Shown here one piece after another: positions 39,177-49,054 of a stretch of DNA of 64,000 nucleotides. The first letter of the stretch is position 1, and the number at the start of each line of letters is the position of its first letter. Source of the stretch: an uncultured Bacteroidales bacterium (GTDB lineage: Bacteria; Bacteroidota; Bacteroidia; Bacteroidales; VadinHA17). The stretch covers positions 449,154 to 513,153 of the forward strand of contig CAVTDE010000003.1 in assembly GCA_963733455.1 (NCBI GenBank). The letters run 5' to 3'. The notes beneath the pieces were generated by a model, which saw only the letters and a list, made by a program, of their open reading frames with translations, did no database searches and was not told the DNA's origin. A program made the translations under genes and the position numbers.

Positions 39177-42155
39177 AGTCTTCTTAACTTCAAATTCCTG
39201 ATATCCTTCAACTATATCGCCGACTTTGATATCGTTGAAGTTTGAGATATTAAGTCCGCATTCGTATCCGCCTATCACCTCTTTTACATCATCCTTAAAG
39301 CGCTTCAGGGAACCAAGCTCGCCGGTGTAGATGACTATGCCATCGCGTATGATCCGCACTCTGGTATTCCTTGTTATCTTTCCTTCTTTAACATAACATC
39401 CGGCAACTGTTCCAACCTTGGTGACCTTGAATATCTCGCGGATCTCAAGTGTGGCAACAATTTCCTCCTTAACTTCAGGTGAAAGCATCCCCTCCATGGC
39501 TGCCCTTATCTCTTCGATGGCGTCATAAATAATGGAATAGAGCCTGATGTCAATTTCTTCCTTTTCAGCAAGCTTGCGCGCATTAAGAGAGGGTCTTACC
39601 TGGAAACCAACAATAATGGCATTCGATGCGGCAGCAAGGAGGATATCCGATTCTGAGATCTGTCCAACCGCCTTGTGAATGACATTCAATTGTATTTCGG
39701 GTGTTGAAAGTTTAATAAGTGAGTCGCTCAGTGCTTCTATTGAACCATCGACATCACCTTTGACAATTATATTGAGCTCCTGGAAGTTGCCGATAGCGAT
39801 CCTCCGGCCGATCTCATCAAGAGTAATATGTTTCTGTGTTCTCAATCCCTGTTCTCTCTGTAACTGGGTTCGCTTGGTTGCAATCTCTTTAGCTTCACGG
39901 TCGCTGTTCATCACATTAAATTTGTCACCAGCCTGTGGGGCACCGTTCAATCCAAGAACCAGGGCAGGAGTTGCAGGACCCACATCCTCAATTTTGCCAC
40001 CTCTCTCGTTGTACATTGCCTTGATATGACCGAAACTGCCACCTGCAAGCATTATATCTCCTATCCTGAGAGTGCCAGCCTTGACAAGAACTGTGGCTGT
40101 AAAGCCGCGCCCCTTGTCGAGCGAGGATTCAATAATCGTTCCGATTGCGGGCTTGTCGGGGTTTGCTTTAAGATCGAGCATTTCAGCCTCAAGCAGTACT
40201 TTTTCAAGAAGAAGGTCAATGTTCAGTCCGGTCTTTGCAGAGATCTCCTGAGACTGGAATTTCCCGCCCCAGTCCTCAACAAGGTAATTCATATTTGCCA
40301 GGGCTTCCTTGATCTTATCAGGATTTGAAGTCGGCTTATCGATTTTGTTTATAGCAAAAACTATTGGGACACCTGCTGCCGATGCATGGTTGATGGCCTC
40401 AATGGTCTGCGGCATCACTCCATCATCAGCGGCAACAACAATGATCGCAATATCTGTGATCTGGGCACCCCGGGCACGCATGGCTGTGAAAGCTTCGTGA
40501 CCAGGTGTGTCGAGGAAAGTTATCTGACGCCCATCATCAAGATTTACGCTGTAGGCACCAATATGCTGGGTAATGCCTCCGGCTTCACCGGCTATAACGT
40601 TGGTCCGGCGTATATAGTCGAGAAGTTTTGTTTTCCCATGATCTACGTGACCCATCACCGTAACAATAGGCGGCCGTGGTTTTAATTGTTCTTCGGAGTC
40701 TTCCTCTTCCCTTATTGCATCGAGCAGTTCTGCGCTGACAAATTCGACCTTATAGCCGTATTCGTCGGCCAGGAGAGCCATGGTCTCTGCATCAAGCCTC
40801 TGGTTTATTGAAACAAAAAGGCCGAGGTTCATACATGTTGCAATGATGTCGGTAACCGGGACGTTCATCATGGAAGCGAGTTCGTTCACCGAAACAAATT
40901 CGGTGACCTTAAGAACATTCTTTTCAAGTTCAATCCTGTCCTCGACTTCTCTGTGTTTCTGGCTTATTGCATCCCTCTTATCCCTGCGGTACCGTGATCC
41001 TTTTGATTTTCCCTTTGTTGTAAGTCTTGCAAGTGTTTCTTTTATCTGTTTTTGAACTGCTTCTTCGTCGACTTCGGTTCTTACAGACCGTTTCTTGATG
41101 ACTTTCTTGACAGATTTATCTTTTTTATCGGTCAGAACCGGTTTAACAACAGGAACATTCTCTCTTTCCTTTGTGATTCTTTTTCTTCTCTTTTTCCTTC
41201 TGAAATCAGAATCCCCGTTAACTTTTACCTGCTGGTATGGAACCGGTTTCTTCTTTTCTTCAACCGGAAGATCTATTTTTCCTACGACTGTCAGCCCTGA
41301 AAGCTTTTTGAATTCCGGTTTATAGAGTTCGACTATATCCTCTTCTTCAGGTTCAGGCACAGCCTCTTTGCTGCCGGCTTCATCCATCACAACCCCGGAA
41401 GGACCTGGCTCCGTAACTTTCTCCGTGACCTCTTCCCTGGCTTCCGTGACAGGTTGTTCTTTTTCAGGTTGTACAGCTTCCTCTTCTTTCGGCTTTTTAA
41501 CCGGCTTTTCTTTCTCTGGTTTCTTTGGCGCTTTGGGCTCCTTGGTTACAGTTTCAAGATCTATTTTTCCAACGATATGAAGGTCGATGGGTGATTTTAT
41601 CTTTTCTTCCCTGCCGGGTTCTTCAACAGGTTCTTTTTCTTTTTCTGCCGGGGCTTTTTTCTTTTCGGTAACCTCCGGTGCTAAAGTCTCGGTCTGAGCT
41701 TTTATTTCCTTCGCCTCTTTAACGGGTTCAGGAGTTTCAACTCTGGGCTTCAGTGTTTTTTCGAGGTCAATTTTACCCACAAGTTTGATGTCCGGCTTTT
41801 TGATCTCGGTCCTGATATCAACAGATTTCTTTGGGGTAGAGATATCCTTAAGAATAACTTCGTCATCCCTATCCTGTTCTTCACCATTTGTTTTTTCAGG
41901 AAAGTCTTCAATGGAGACAGATTCTTTTTTCCTGTGGAGATCTTTCAGAATAAGCTTCTCCGATTCCTTTTTTACATTAAGATCGCTGCTGTATTCTTTT
42001 AAAAGCAAAAGATAAGCATCGTGGGGCAGCTTTGTATTTGGGTTTTGATCAAGGTCAAATCCCTTCTTATGGAGAAATTCCACAATAGTGGATATCCCCA
42101 CGTTGAATTCACGTGCTGCTTTGCTTAATCTCGTTGCCTTAATATCATCTGCCAT
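39171..42155 (-). CDS. infB: Translation initiation factor IF-2
   Basis: GTPase motifs [13 protein letters not shown] and NKID, plus the IF-2 C-terminal domains. The low-complexity Lys/Glu/Pro N-terminal region has three VGKIDL repeats. ATG 42155 ([10 protein letters not shown]) is preferred over the upstream GTG at 42188. Confidence 0.97.
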   Translation of the reverse strand: MADDIKATRLSKAAREFNVGISTIVEFLHKKGFDLDQNPNTKLPHDAYLLLLKEYSSDLNVKKESEKLILKDLHRKKESVSIEDFPEKTNGEEQDRDDEVILKDISTPKKSVDIRTEIKKPDIKLVGKIDLEKTLKPRVETPEPVKEAKEIKAQTETLAPEVTEKKKAPAEKEKEPVEEPGREEKIKSPIDLHIVGKIDLETVTKEPKAPKKPEKEKPVKKPKEEEAVQPEKEQPVTEAREEVTEKVTEPGPSGVVMDEAGSKEAVPEPEEEDIVELYKPEFKKLSGLTVVGKIDLPVEEKKKPVPYQQVKVNGDSDFRRKKRRKRITKERENVPVVKPVLTDKKDKSVKKVIKKRSVRTEVDEEAVQKQIKETLARLTTKGKSKGSRYRRDKRDAISQKHREVEDRIELEKNVLKVTEFVSVNELASMMNVPVTDIIATCMNLGLFVSINQRLDAETMALLADEYGYKVEFVSAELLDAIREEEDSEEQLKPRPPIVTVMGHVDHGKTKLLDYIRRTNVIAGEAGGITQHIGAYSVNLDDGRQITFLDTPGHEAFTAMRARGAQITDIAIIVVAADDGVMPQTIEAINHASAAGVPIVFAINKIDKPTSNPDKIKEALANMNYLVEDWGGKFQSQEISAKTGLNIDLLLEKVLLEAEMLDLKANPDKPAIGTIIESSLDKGRGFTATVLVKAGTLRIGDIMLAGGSFGHIKAMYNERGGKIEDVGPATPALVLGLNGAPQAGDKFNVMNSDREAKEIATKRTQLQREQGLRTQKHITLDEIGRRIAIGNFQELNIIVKGDVDGSIEALSDSLIKLSTPEIQLNVIHKAVGQISESDILLAAASNAIIVGFQVRPSLNARKLAEKEEIDIRLYSIIYDAIEEIRAAMEGMLSPEVKEEIVATLEIREIFKVTKVGTVAGCYVKEGKITRNTRVRIIRDGIVIYTGELGSLKRFKDDVKEVIGGYECGLNISNFNDIKVGDIVEGYQEFEVKKTL

Positions 42156-42214
42156 AAATAATTCTTGTCTTTCTTTAAACTTCAACACTTAAGCCGGTTT
42201 CAGGTAAAAAAATA

Positions 42215-43453
42215 TTATTCAAATTCAGCTCTGAGAATATTGACAACTTCCTTAACAGTTTCTTCTTCGAGGTCGGTTCTTTTAACCAGGTCGCTGATCG
42301 ACAGGTTCAGAACGCTCCTTGCAGTGTCGCATCCAATTGCTTTGAGTTCCTCGATTATCCAGTCTTCAATTTCATCGCTGAATTCTTCGAGATTCACATC
42401 TTCTTCATCCTCTCCACCCGGTTCTCTGTAAACATCTATTTCATAACCTGTTAACTGACTGGCCAGTTTAATATTCAGGCCTCCTTTGCCGATTGCAAGC
42501 GATACCTCATTTGGTTTGAGATATATTTCAGCTCTTTTGGTCTCTTCAATAAGTTTGATAGATGTAATTTTTGCAGGGCTGAGCGCTCTCTGAATAAAAA
42601 GCTGGTTGTTTGATGTATAGTTGATGACATCGATGTTTTCGTTCCGAAGCTCACGGACTATTCCATGGATCCTTGAGCCTTTCATACCAACGCAAGCGCC
42701 TACGGGGTCGATTCTTTCGTCATACGACTCAACGGCAACCTTGGCACGTTCGCCGGGGACCCTCACAATCTTTTTAATGGTTATCAGACCATCAAATATT
42801 TCAGGGACTTCGAGTTCAAAAAGCCTTTCAAGAAATACCGGGGAAGTACGGCTCAGAATAATGAAGGGAGTGTTGTTTCTCATTTCAACCTTGATAACGA
42901 CAGCCCTTATAGAGTCGCCTTTCCGGAAATGATCGGAAGGTATCTGTTCGCTTTTTGGAATAATAAGTTCATTCCCGTCGTCATCAAGGACAAGGATTTC
43001 CCTTTTCCAAACCTGGTAAACCTCACCGGTTACTATCTCCCCGATCCTGTCTTTATACTTGATATAGATATTGTTCTTTTCGAGATCAAGGATCCTCGCC
43101 GTCAGGTTCTGCCTTAGTGACAGAATTGCCCTTCTTCCGAAATCAAGGAATTTTACCTCGTCGGAAACCTCTTCACCCACTTCATAATCTTCGTCAATCT
43201 TCTTGGCTTTAGAAAGTGGAATCTGGGTATTGGGATCAACAAGTTCGTCATCCTCAACAACCACCCTGTTTCTCCATATTTCGAAGTCGCCTTTGTCGAT
43301 ATTGACAATAATATCAAAATTGTCAGCCGAGCCATACTTTTTTATCAGCATGCCCCTGAACACGTCCTCAAGAACACTCATCATTGTGGGACGGTCAATG
43401 TTCTTAAGCTCTTTAAATTCCGCAAAGGTATCGATCAAATTAACATTTTCCAT
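42215..43453 (-). CDS. nusA: Transcription termination/antitermination factor NusA
   Basis: 412 aa with an N-terminal domain, S1, two KH domains (GACVGMKGSRI, AIGKGGLNIKLA) and an acidic C-terminal HhH region. Confidence 0.96.
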   Translation of the reverse strand: MENVNLIDTFAEFKELKNIDRPTMMSVLEDVFRGMLIKKYGSADNFDIIVNIDKGDFEIWRNRVVVEDDELVDPNTQIPLSKAKKIDEDYEVGEEVSDEVKFLDFGRRAILSLRQNLTARILDLEKNNIYIKYKDRIGEIVTGEVYQVWKREILVLDDDGNELIIPKSEQIPSDHFRKGDSIRAVVIKVEMRNNTPFIILSRTSPVFLERLFELEVPEIFDGLITIKKIVRVPGERAKVAVESYDERIDPVGACVGMKGSRIHGIVRELRNENIDVINYTSNNQLFIQRALSPAKITSIKLIEETKRAEIYLKPNEVSLAIGKGGLNIKLASQLTGYEIDVYREPGGEDEEDVNLEEFSDEIEDWIIEELKAIGCDTARSVLNLSISDLVKRTDLEEETVKEVVNILRAEFE

Positions 43454-43474
43454 CTGGTATAATACTTCATGAAA

Positions 43475-43927
43475 TTATTTTATTGTCAAAACTACTTTTG
43501 TTGTTTTTACCTGGTCAAAATTAAATGAGATATCCTTAATCTCTTTACTTTTTCCTTTTAATTTAGTCTCGGTTTCAAGTTCAAATCCTCCGGGAGTAAC
43601 ATTTTTCAGTTTCCCGGAGAATTTTTGTCCGTCAATATCAACAACATTAACCTTATTACCTTCATTCTTATAATATTGTTCAATAACACCGAAGGGCATA
43701 TCGAGTCCGGGAGAGGATACCTGGAGTTCATAATCCTCAGATTCGCGGTCGAGACTTTTTTCGATATATCGGTGCAGATCAGCGCATTCATCAATGGTAA
43801 TACCTTCCCTCTTGTCTGCCAGGACTGTGATCCTGTTCGAGTTGCTTACCTTTACAGCTACCAGGAATAGCCCGGTTCCGCTGATGTACTCCTTAGCCGA
43901 TTGTTCTATCTGTTCCCTGTTAACCAT
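43475..43927 (-). CDS. rimP: Ribosome maturation factor RimP
   Basis: 150 aa located immediately upstream of nusA-infB, with the conserved LEVSSPG-like motif (ELQVSSPGLD). Confidence 0.9.
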   Translation of the reverse strand: MVNREQIEQSAKEYISGTGLFLVAVKVSNSNRITVLADKREGITIDECADLHRYIEKSLDRESEDYELQVSSPGLDMPFGVIEQYYKNEGNKVNVVDIDGQKFSGKLKNVTPGGFELETETKLKGKSKEIKDISFNFDQVKTTKVVLTIK

Positions 43928-43937
43928 ACTCTGAAAA

Positions 43938-43968
43938 CCGATAATAAAATAGGGGACTCTGGTCCCCT
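43938..43968 (-). promoter_or_regulatory. Leader stem-loop with a U-rich tail in the rimP-nusA-infB 5' UTR (candidate attenuator)
   Basis: Minus strand reads AGGGGAC-CAGA-GTCCCCT (43968-43951) followed by ATTTTATTAT. It lies between the candidate -7 box and the rimP start. Confidence 0.45.
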
Positions 43969-43996
43969 AGGTCTCGATTACCCCTCAAATCGGATG

Positions 43997-44004
43997 CAAA
44001 GATA
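43997..44004 (-). promoter_or_regulatory. Candidate -7 box TATCTTTG for rimP-nusA-infB
   Basis: TAnnTTTG match on the minus strand about 70 bp upstream of the rimP ATG (43927). Confidence 0.4.
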
Positions 44005-44118
44005 AATAATCTTTCTGAAATTGCAAAAAATAGCAATAATTATTAATAGGAACTTACACTGAGACCGTCAGAGGGACCAAAGGTCTACAGAGTTTATGAG
44101 ATCCAACGGATCGTAGGT

Positions 44119-44134
44119 GCGTTGCATGCAACGC
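44119..44134. repeat. Perfect 16-bp palindrome GCGTTGCATGCAACGC
   Basis: Read directly from the sequence. It lies in the divergent intergenic region between rimP and the radical SAM gene, 54 bp upstream of ATG 44188. Confidence 0.95.
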
Positions 44135-44187
44135 CCCTGTAATATTCCGGACCTTGTGTCTTCCCCGGGAAAGCATACCTTTGCAGA

Positions 44188-45147
44188 ATGTTTGTCAGCA
44201 AATTAATAACAGGGGTAATGTACGGAAGCGCCGACTCTGACCTGCTTTCCCACTGCACATTATGTCCAGGGGAGTGCAAAGTAAACAGGTTTAAGGGTGG
44301 AACCGGTTACTGCCATTCCGATGCCGGGATGAATATCGCCTCCATTTGCATTCACCGGGGAGAAGAGCCGTCAATAAGCGGACCTGAAGGCATATGCAAT
44401 ATATTCTTCTCGGGATGCAACCTCAGGTGTACCTATTGCCAGAATCATGAAATAAGCCATCCGGGTGCCGTATGTCACACAAATTCAATGGGATTTAAAG
44501 AAGCGATTGACACCATTTCCGGGATACTGGATAAGGGAATAAAAGCAATCGGATTTGTCTCACCCTCACACGTTGTCCCACAGGTCAGGGCAATCATAAA
44601 AGAATTGAATTCCAGAGGTCTCAAACCAGTTACGGTATATAACACAAATAGTTACGACAAAAAAGAGACTCTCAGCAGCCTCGACGGAATGATCGATGTT
44701 TATTTACCTGATTTTAAATATGCTTCATCTGAAACGTCAAAACAATTTTCTGATGCTTCCGATTATCCTGAAGTAGCCCTGAGGGCGGTAAGGGAGATGT
44801 ATTATCAGAAAGGCTCCGTCCTGGAGACAGATGAGGAGGGGAGGGCAGTAAACGGGATCCTTATCCGGCATCTGGTCCTGCCCGGACATGTTGAAGAGAG
44901 CAAAAAGGTCCTGCAGATAATTGCTGAAGAGATCTCAACAGGAGTTAATATCTCCCTGATGTCGCAGTATCATCCTGTTCCTGGTGTAAGCGATCATCCT
45001 GATCTGGGAAGGATACTTTACAGGGAAGAATACCAGGAAGTTGTAGATACGATGGAGAAGCTAGGTTTCAGGAACGGATGGGTTCAGGATATGGAGAGCA
45101 ACAGAAATTACAGACCTGACTTCAGGAAAGAAAATCCTTTTGAGTAA
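44188..45147 (+). CDS. Radical SAM protein (PflX / pyruvate formate-lyase-activase-like family)
   Basis: CNLRCTYCQN cluster motif preceded by a Cys-rich N-terminus (CTLCPGECKVNR...GYC). A TACCTTTG box at 44176-44183 sits only 4 nt before this ATG, so the ATG at 44218 is an alternative start. Confidence 0.85.
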   Translation: MFVSKLITGVMYGSADSDLLSHCTLCPGECKVNRFKGGTGYCHSDAGMNIASICIHRGEEPSISGPEGICNIFFSGCNLRCTYCQNHEISHPGAVCHTNSMGFKEAIDTISGILDKGIKAIGFVSPSHVVPQVRAIIKELNSRGLKPVTVYNTNSYDKKETLSSLDGMIDVYLPDFKYASSETSKQFSDASDYPEVALRAVREMYYQKGSVLETDEEGRAVNGILIRHLVLPGHVEESKKVLQIIAEEISTGVNISLMSQYHPVPGVSDHPDLGRILYREEYQEVVDTMEKLGFRNGWVQDMESNRNYRPDFRKENPFE

Positions 45148-45178
45148 AGGGATCTCACGTGTGAGTTTTGCCCCCCTG

Positions 45179-45193
45179 CCCCCCGAAGGGGGG
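45179..45193 (+). terminator. GC hairpin CCCCCC-GAA-GGGGGG after the radical SAM gene (terminator-like, no U tract)
   Basis: Read directly from the sequence. It lies 32 nt after the stop codon, between convergent genes. Confidence 0.35.
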
Positions 45194-45197
45194 TTAG

Positions 45198-45272
45198 CGC
45201 AAAGAACGCAAAGCTAAATCACATATATTCAACTCTTTGCGAACTTTGCGTAAATTCTTTGCGCCCTTTGCG
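45198..45272. repeat. Inverted heptamer arrays: CGCAAAG x2 facing CTTTGCG x4
   Basis: CGCAAAG at 45198 and 45207. CTTTGCG at 45235, 45244, 45257 and 45266. CGCAAAGAACGCAAAG can pair with CTTTGCGAACTTTGCG (7+7 bp with a 2-nt internal mismatch) across a 21-nt loop. Confidence 0.9.
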
Positions 45273-45406
45273 GTTAATGGATTTAGACTTTTTAAACAGC
45301 CCCAAATTTTATTATAGAATAGCAGATCTCTTCTTACGAAATACTCTTAGGTTGACGCCTATGCCCTGAAGAGGGCTTAAAATCCTCATTCTTAAAATGT
45401 AACGGA

Positions 45407-48172
45407 CTATTTCTTTTTTGTTGCTGTTATTTCTTCCTCAGGAGAAATGAGTGATAATGAAATTACCTCGTTTTTGTCGTTTGTTTTAAACTCAACTGTA
45501 AAGCCTTCCATAACATTAAGCCCGAATTTTGTAGCAGATAATGGAGTTAATTCCATCTCAGGTTGTCCGGGAAGGATCAGATTGAGTGTCTTCCCGTCTT
45601 TCAGGGTTACTTTTATAATCTCGTCATCATAACTATATTCGCCGGTATATCTCTGCAGCGTTTCTTCCGGAACAACAACGGCTTCGGGTCCCTTCGGCTT
45701 CGCCGGGAGTTTTGATTTTACATAATTTGCCTGGTCGGTCAGACCCATGTTCTGTTTTGCAGTTGCAATGCCATTGAGGATCATTCCATTTATGTATGGC
45801 TTTACCTGTGAAGCATACGCTTCGGGGATTGTATCACGAAATTTTACTATCATGTCGATTCCTCTCCTGAAATTCTTATCATTCTTCACCCTCTTCAGAT
45901 AGTTTGTGAAAGGCTGAAGCAGCATAAATTTGCTGTTTCCTAAGGGTAATTCGTCAAACCGGGCAGCAAGGGAATCAAATTCGTTCTCACCCGCATATGT
46001 GTACAGAACTTGAGTTATTGCACTTTTAAGTCCTCCTTTAACCTTCAGGGATGAGATACTCTTTGCCCTCCCGAGAGCAGCGACGCTGTCAATTAAGGCC
46101 AATGCCTGGAGGGCATTACCTGCTACCGAATAAGATGAATCGTTTATTGAATTCATGAAGAGTTCCCTGTAACCGGTCGTCTTGTATTTTCCAAGAGCCT
46201 CAAGTGCAGCTGCCCTGATAAGAGAAGACGGATCGTTCGATGCAAGTTTTACCAGGATGGGTTCAACAGCATTTTTAATAGAATCATTCGTAATATTTAA
46301 CCTCTGGATTGCGAAAATCCTCAAGCCCTGATATTTGTCATTGATGGCATTCATCAGGAATCCCGAAGCTTTGGTATCATTCACCTGGTTCATAGCGGCA
46401 TATTCAATTGCTTCACGCCTGTCGAGGTATAACCCTGCATTTTTATACTGAAAGATGTAGTCGTCAAGCGTCTTCTTGTCTGTTTTTTCACAGAGAAGCA
46501 TTTTATCACCGTCAAAATTTATAAGATCAGGCCTTTTAACGGAAGTGAAGGTAAATGTATCGGCTTTATTTTCGAGCCATACCGGATATCGTTTTTTGCT
46601 TCCTCCCTGGTATAGATCAATTGCCACCGGTAGCCTGAAAACCTTGTCAGGCTGGGTTTGCTTAACTATGACCTTTGCCGATTGTCTGGCAATATCATAG
46701 TCATAGCTGATTTCAAGTTTGGGATGGCCTGAGCCATAAAACCACTGATTCCAGAACCAGTTCAGGTCCTCCCCGGTAACCTCTTCAAATGCAAGACGGA
46801 GTTCCTGCGCCTCGGCTGCCTTGAATTTGTAAGTTGTAAGATACAGATTAAGTGATTTGTAGAAAGCGCTGTCACCAACGAAGTTACGGAGCATATTAAG
46901 TATCCGGCCGCCTTTCTGGTAGCTGACAGCGTCGAAAACCTCCTCGCGGTTCCTGTAGTAAAAGCGGACAAGAGGTTTATTTCTGCTGTTACTGAAGAGG
47001 TAATTCTGCATTGCATCAAAATTGTGGTTATCACCCGCATCCCGGCCATGTTTGTGCTCTTCCCATAATGTTTCGCTGAAATCGGCAAATGATTCATTAA
47101 GTGCGATATTACTCCAGCTTTCGGTTGTAACATAGTCACCGAACCACATGTGGAACAGTTCGTGAGCTATTATATCCTCCCATGAGTTGCCATCGATAAG
47201 CTGCCGGGCATCCTGCTGTGCCGATTCAGCGTGCACTGTTGCCGTTGTGTTTTCCATAGCACCGCTCACATAGTCGCGTACAACGATCTGGGAATATTTT
47301 TGCCAGGGATAATCAACTCCGGTTATATTTGAAAAATATCTGATCATCTCCGGTGTTTCGCCAAAGATCTTCCTTGCGACCGGAGCATATTCTTTTTCAA
47401 CATAATAACTTACTTCTTTACTTTCGTACTTGTCTTTTATGATTGAAAATTCGCCGGCTGCCATCATCATAAGATAAGGAGCATGAGGAAGATCCATCTT
47501 CCAGGTATCCGTACGTGTACCTCCGGTGTTTTTCTTTTGTTTCACAAGAAGCCCGTTTGAAAGTGTTTGGAATCTGTCAGGAACTGTAATGCTGAACTCG
47601 TTCGTAGTTTTTTGATTTGGTTTGTCAATTGTGGGTACCCATGCGGAATTCGATTCAGTTTCTCCCTGAGTCCAGATCTGGGTTGGCTTATTTTTTTCCG
47701 TTCCCAGGGGATTTATAAAGTAGAGGCCTTTTGCACCAAAGATGGCAGCGCTGCCTTTCAACTTGATGTCGTTGGGTTTAGCGATGTAATCTATAAAAAC
47801 TGTATAGGTTTCTCCGCTTTTGTATTTCTTATCAAGAGTGATGTAGAGGTTCAGGCTGTCATAGCTGTATTTAAGCGGAATTCTCTTCCCTGCCTTAACA
47901 ACTGATAATTCTTTGATTTCCATTCTTTTTGCGTCGAGATTCAAAGAATCTGTAGGATAAAAATGAGGCTTGAGGGTGATCCAGGCTTTCCCATACATCC
48001 ATGATTTTGTAAAGTCGAAGCTGACCTCAAGTTTTGTGTGAATAAGGTCATTGATTTTTGTGGGTGTTGCCCTGTATATTTTTTCCCAGCTTTCAGGTTT
48101 ATGATCATCGGGTTCCTGCGAAAAGCAAATGAATGAAATGAACAGCAACCCTGCGAAAAAGACTTTTTTCAT
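45407..48172 (-). CDS. M1-family metallopeptidase (aminopeptidase N-like) with a C-terminal HEAT/ARM-like repeat region, secreted
   Basis: Signal peptide MKKVFFAGLLFISFICFS, exopeptidase motif GAMENT, and zinc motif HELFHMWFGD...E (HEXXH-x18-E). ATG 48172 is preferred over the TTG at 48184. Confidence 0.92.
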   Translation of the reverse strand: MKKVFFAGLLFISFICFSQEPDDHKPESWEKIYRATPTKINDLIHTKLEVSFDFTKSWMYGKAWITLKPHFYPTDSLNLDAKRMEIKELSVVKAGKRIPLKYSYDSLNLYITLDKKYKSGETYTVFIDYIAKPNDIKLKGSAAIFGAKGLYFINPLGTEKNKPTQIWTQGETESNSAWVPTIDKPNQKTTNEFSITVPDRFQTLSNGLLVKQKKNTGGTRTDTWKMDLPHAPYLMMMAAGEFSIIKDKYESKEVSYYVEKEYAPVARKIFGETPEMIRYFSNITGVDYPWQKYSQIVVRDYVSGAMENTTATVHAESAQQDARQLIDGNSWEDIIAHELFHMWFGDYVTTESWSNIALNESFADFSETLWEEHKHGRDAGDNHNFDAMQNYLFSNSRNKPLVRFYYRNREEVFDAVSYQKGGRILNMLRNFVGDSAFYKSLNLYLTTYKFKAAEAQELRLAFEEVTGEDLNWFWNQWFYGSGHPKLEISYDYDIARQSAKVIVKQTQPDKVFRLPVAIDLYQGGSKKRYPVWLENKADTFTFTSVKRPDLINFDGDKMLLCEKTDKKTLDDYIFQYKNAGLYLDRREAIEYAAMNQVNDTKASGFLMNAINDKYQGLRIFAIQRLNITNDSIKNAVEPILVKLASNDPSSLIRAAALEALGKYKTTGYRELFMNSINDSSYSVAGNALQALALIDSVAALGRAKSISSLKVKGGLKSAITQVLYTYAGENEFDSLAARFDELPLGNSKFMLLQPFTNYLKRVKNDKNFRRGIDMIVKFRDTIPEAYASQVKPYINGMILNGIATAKQNMGLTDQANYVKSKLPAKPKGPEAVVVPEETLQRYTGEYSYDDEIIKVTLKDGKTLNLILPGQPEMELTPLSATKFGLNVMEGFTVEFKTNDKNEVISLSLISPEEEITATKKK

Positions 48173-48304
48173 GGTATAGATCAATAAGTTATTGAATATA
48201 AAAGTATATCAAAATCCTTAAAAAGTTAAGATATGTAAATAAAACGGCATTTAGAGGTAATGGTTCATGGGGGGCGTAACGGCAGCCCTTTTTTCGGTTG
48301 GGCC

Positions 48305-49021
48305 TTACATGAATTTCTCTCTTTTCTGAAGGTTATAAAGGGCGGCAAGAAGGAAGAGTATGGTTCCGGTAATGAGTATAATACGGTTCTTAAGCGTTAT
48401 TAATGCCCATGCTGCTTCATTGACATCATACGCCGGACGGAAAGGGTTAAGAAATACATTCCACTGACTTTTACGCAATGGTTCCATGAGTATCATGAAG
48501 AAGAGCCCGATAATTATCATTACAACGGCTGTACCGTTTCCGTTCCTTATCACGGTTGAGAGCATGAACGCCATCATACCGAGAAAGAGGACCGGCAGCA
48601 TGATTTGCACGGTAACACTGACAAACCGGAATTTTACTATAAGTATTGATGAGAGGAAAGTAAACAGAAGCATTATGAGAAATGCGATAACAAAGATGAG
48701 GAGGATCCTTACAAGCCATACCTTATACCTGTAGTTGGGGATGCCGAAAAGTATTTCTATTGTACGTGCATCCTGATCGTTCTGGATACCGAAAACCGAG
48801 GGATAAAAGACAAGAAGTATCCCTGAAAATATGAATACTCCGTAAAGGTCGCTCATCCTTGAAACATCATTATCAAGAACATATATCACGGAAAGGCCAA
48901 GATAAAAAAGAACTGAGCCTGCAAGAAACCAGATGAACTTGTTCGCGAAAATGATTCTCAGGTTATAGAGTATCATTTTCTGAAACAGGATGTAATAATT
49001 ATATATTGTTTTGCCCTTCAT
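48305..49021 (-). CDS. ABC-2-type transporter permease (6 TM)
   Basis: 238 aa with six hydrophobic helices. It starts 33 bp after the upstream ATPase-containing gene and is the last gene of the operon. Confidence 0.7.
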   Translation of the reverse strand: MKGKTIYNYYILFQKMILYNLRIIFANKFIWFLAGSVLFYLGLSVIYVLDNDVSRMSDLYGVFIFSGILLVFYPSVFGIQNDQDARTIEILFGIPNYRYKVWLVRILLIFVIAFLIMLLFTFLSSILIVKFRFVSVTVQIMLPVLFLGMMAFMLSTVIRNGNGTAVVMIIIGLFFMILMEPLRKSQWNVFLNPFRPAYDVNEAAWALITLKNRIILITGTILFLLAALYNLQKREKFM

Positions 49022-49054
49022 TACAGTGTGTTTTCTTTTTAAAATATCCTGTCC

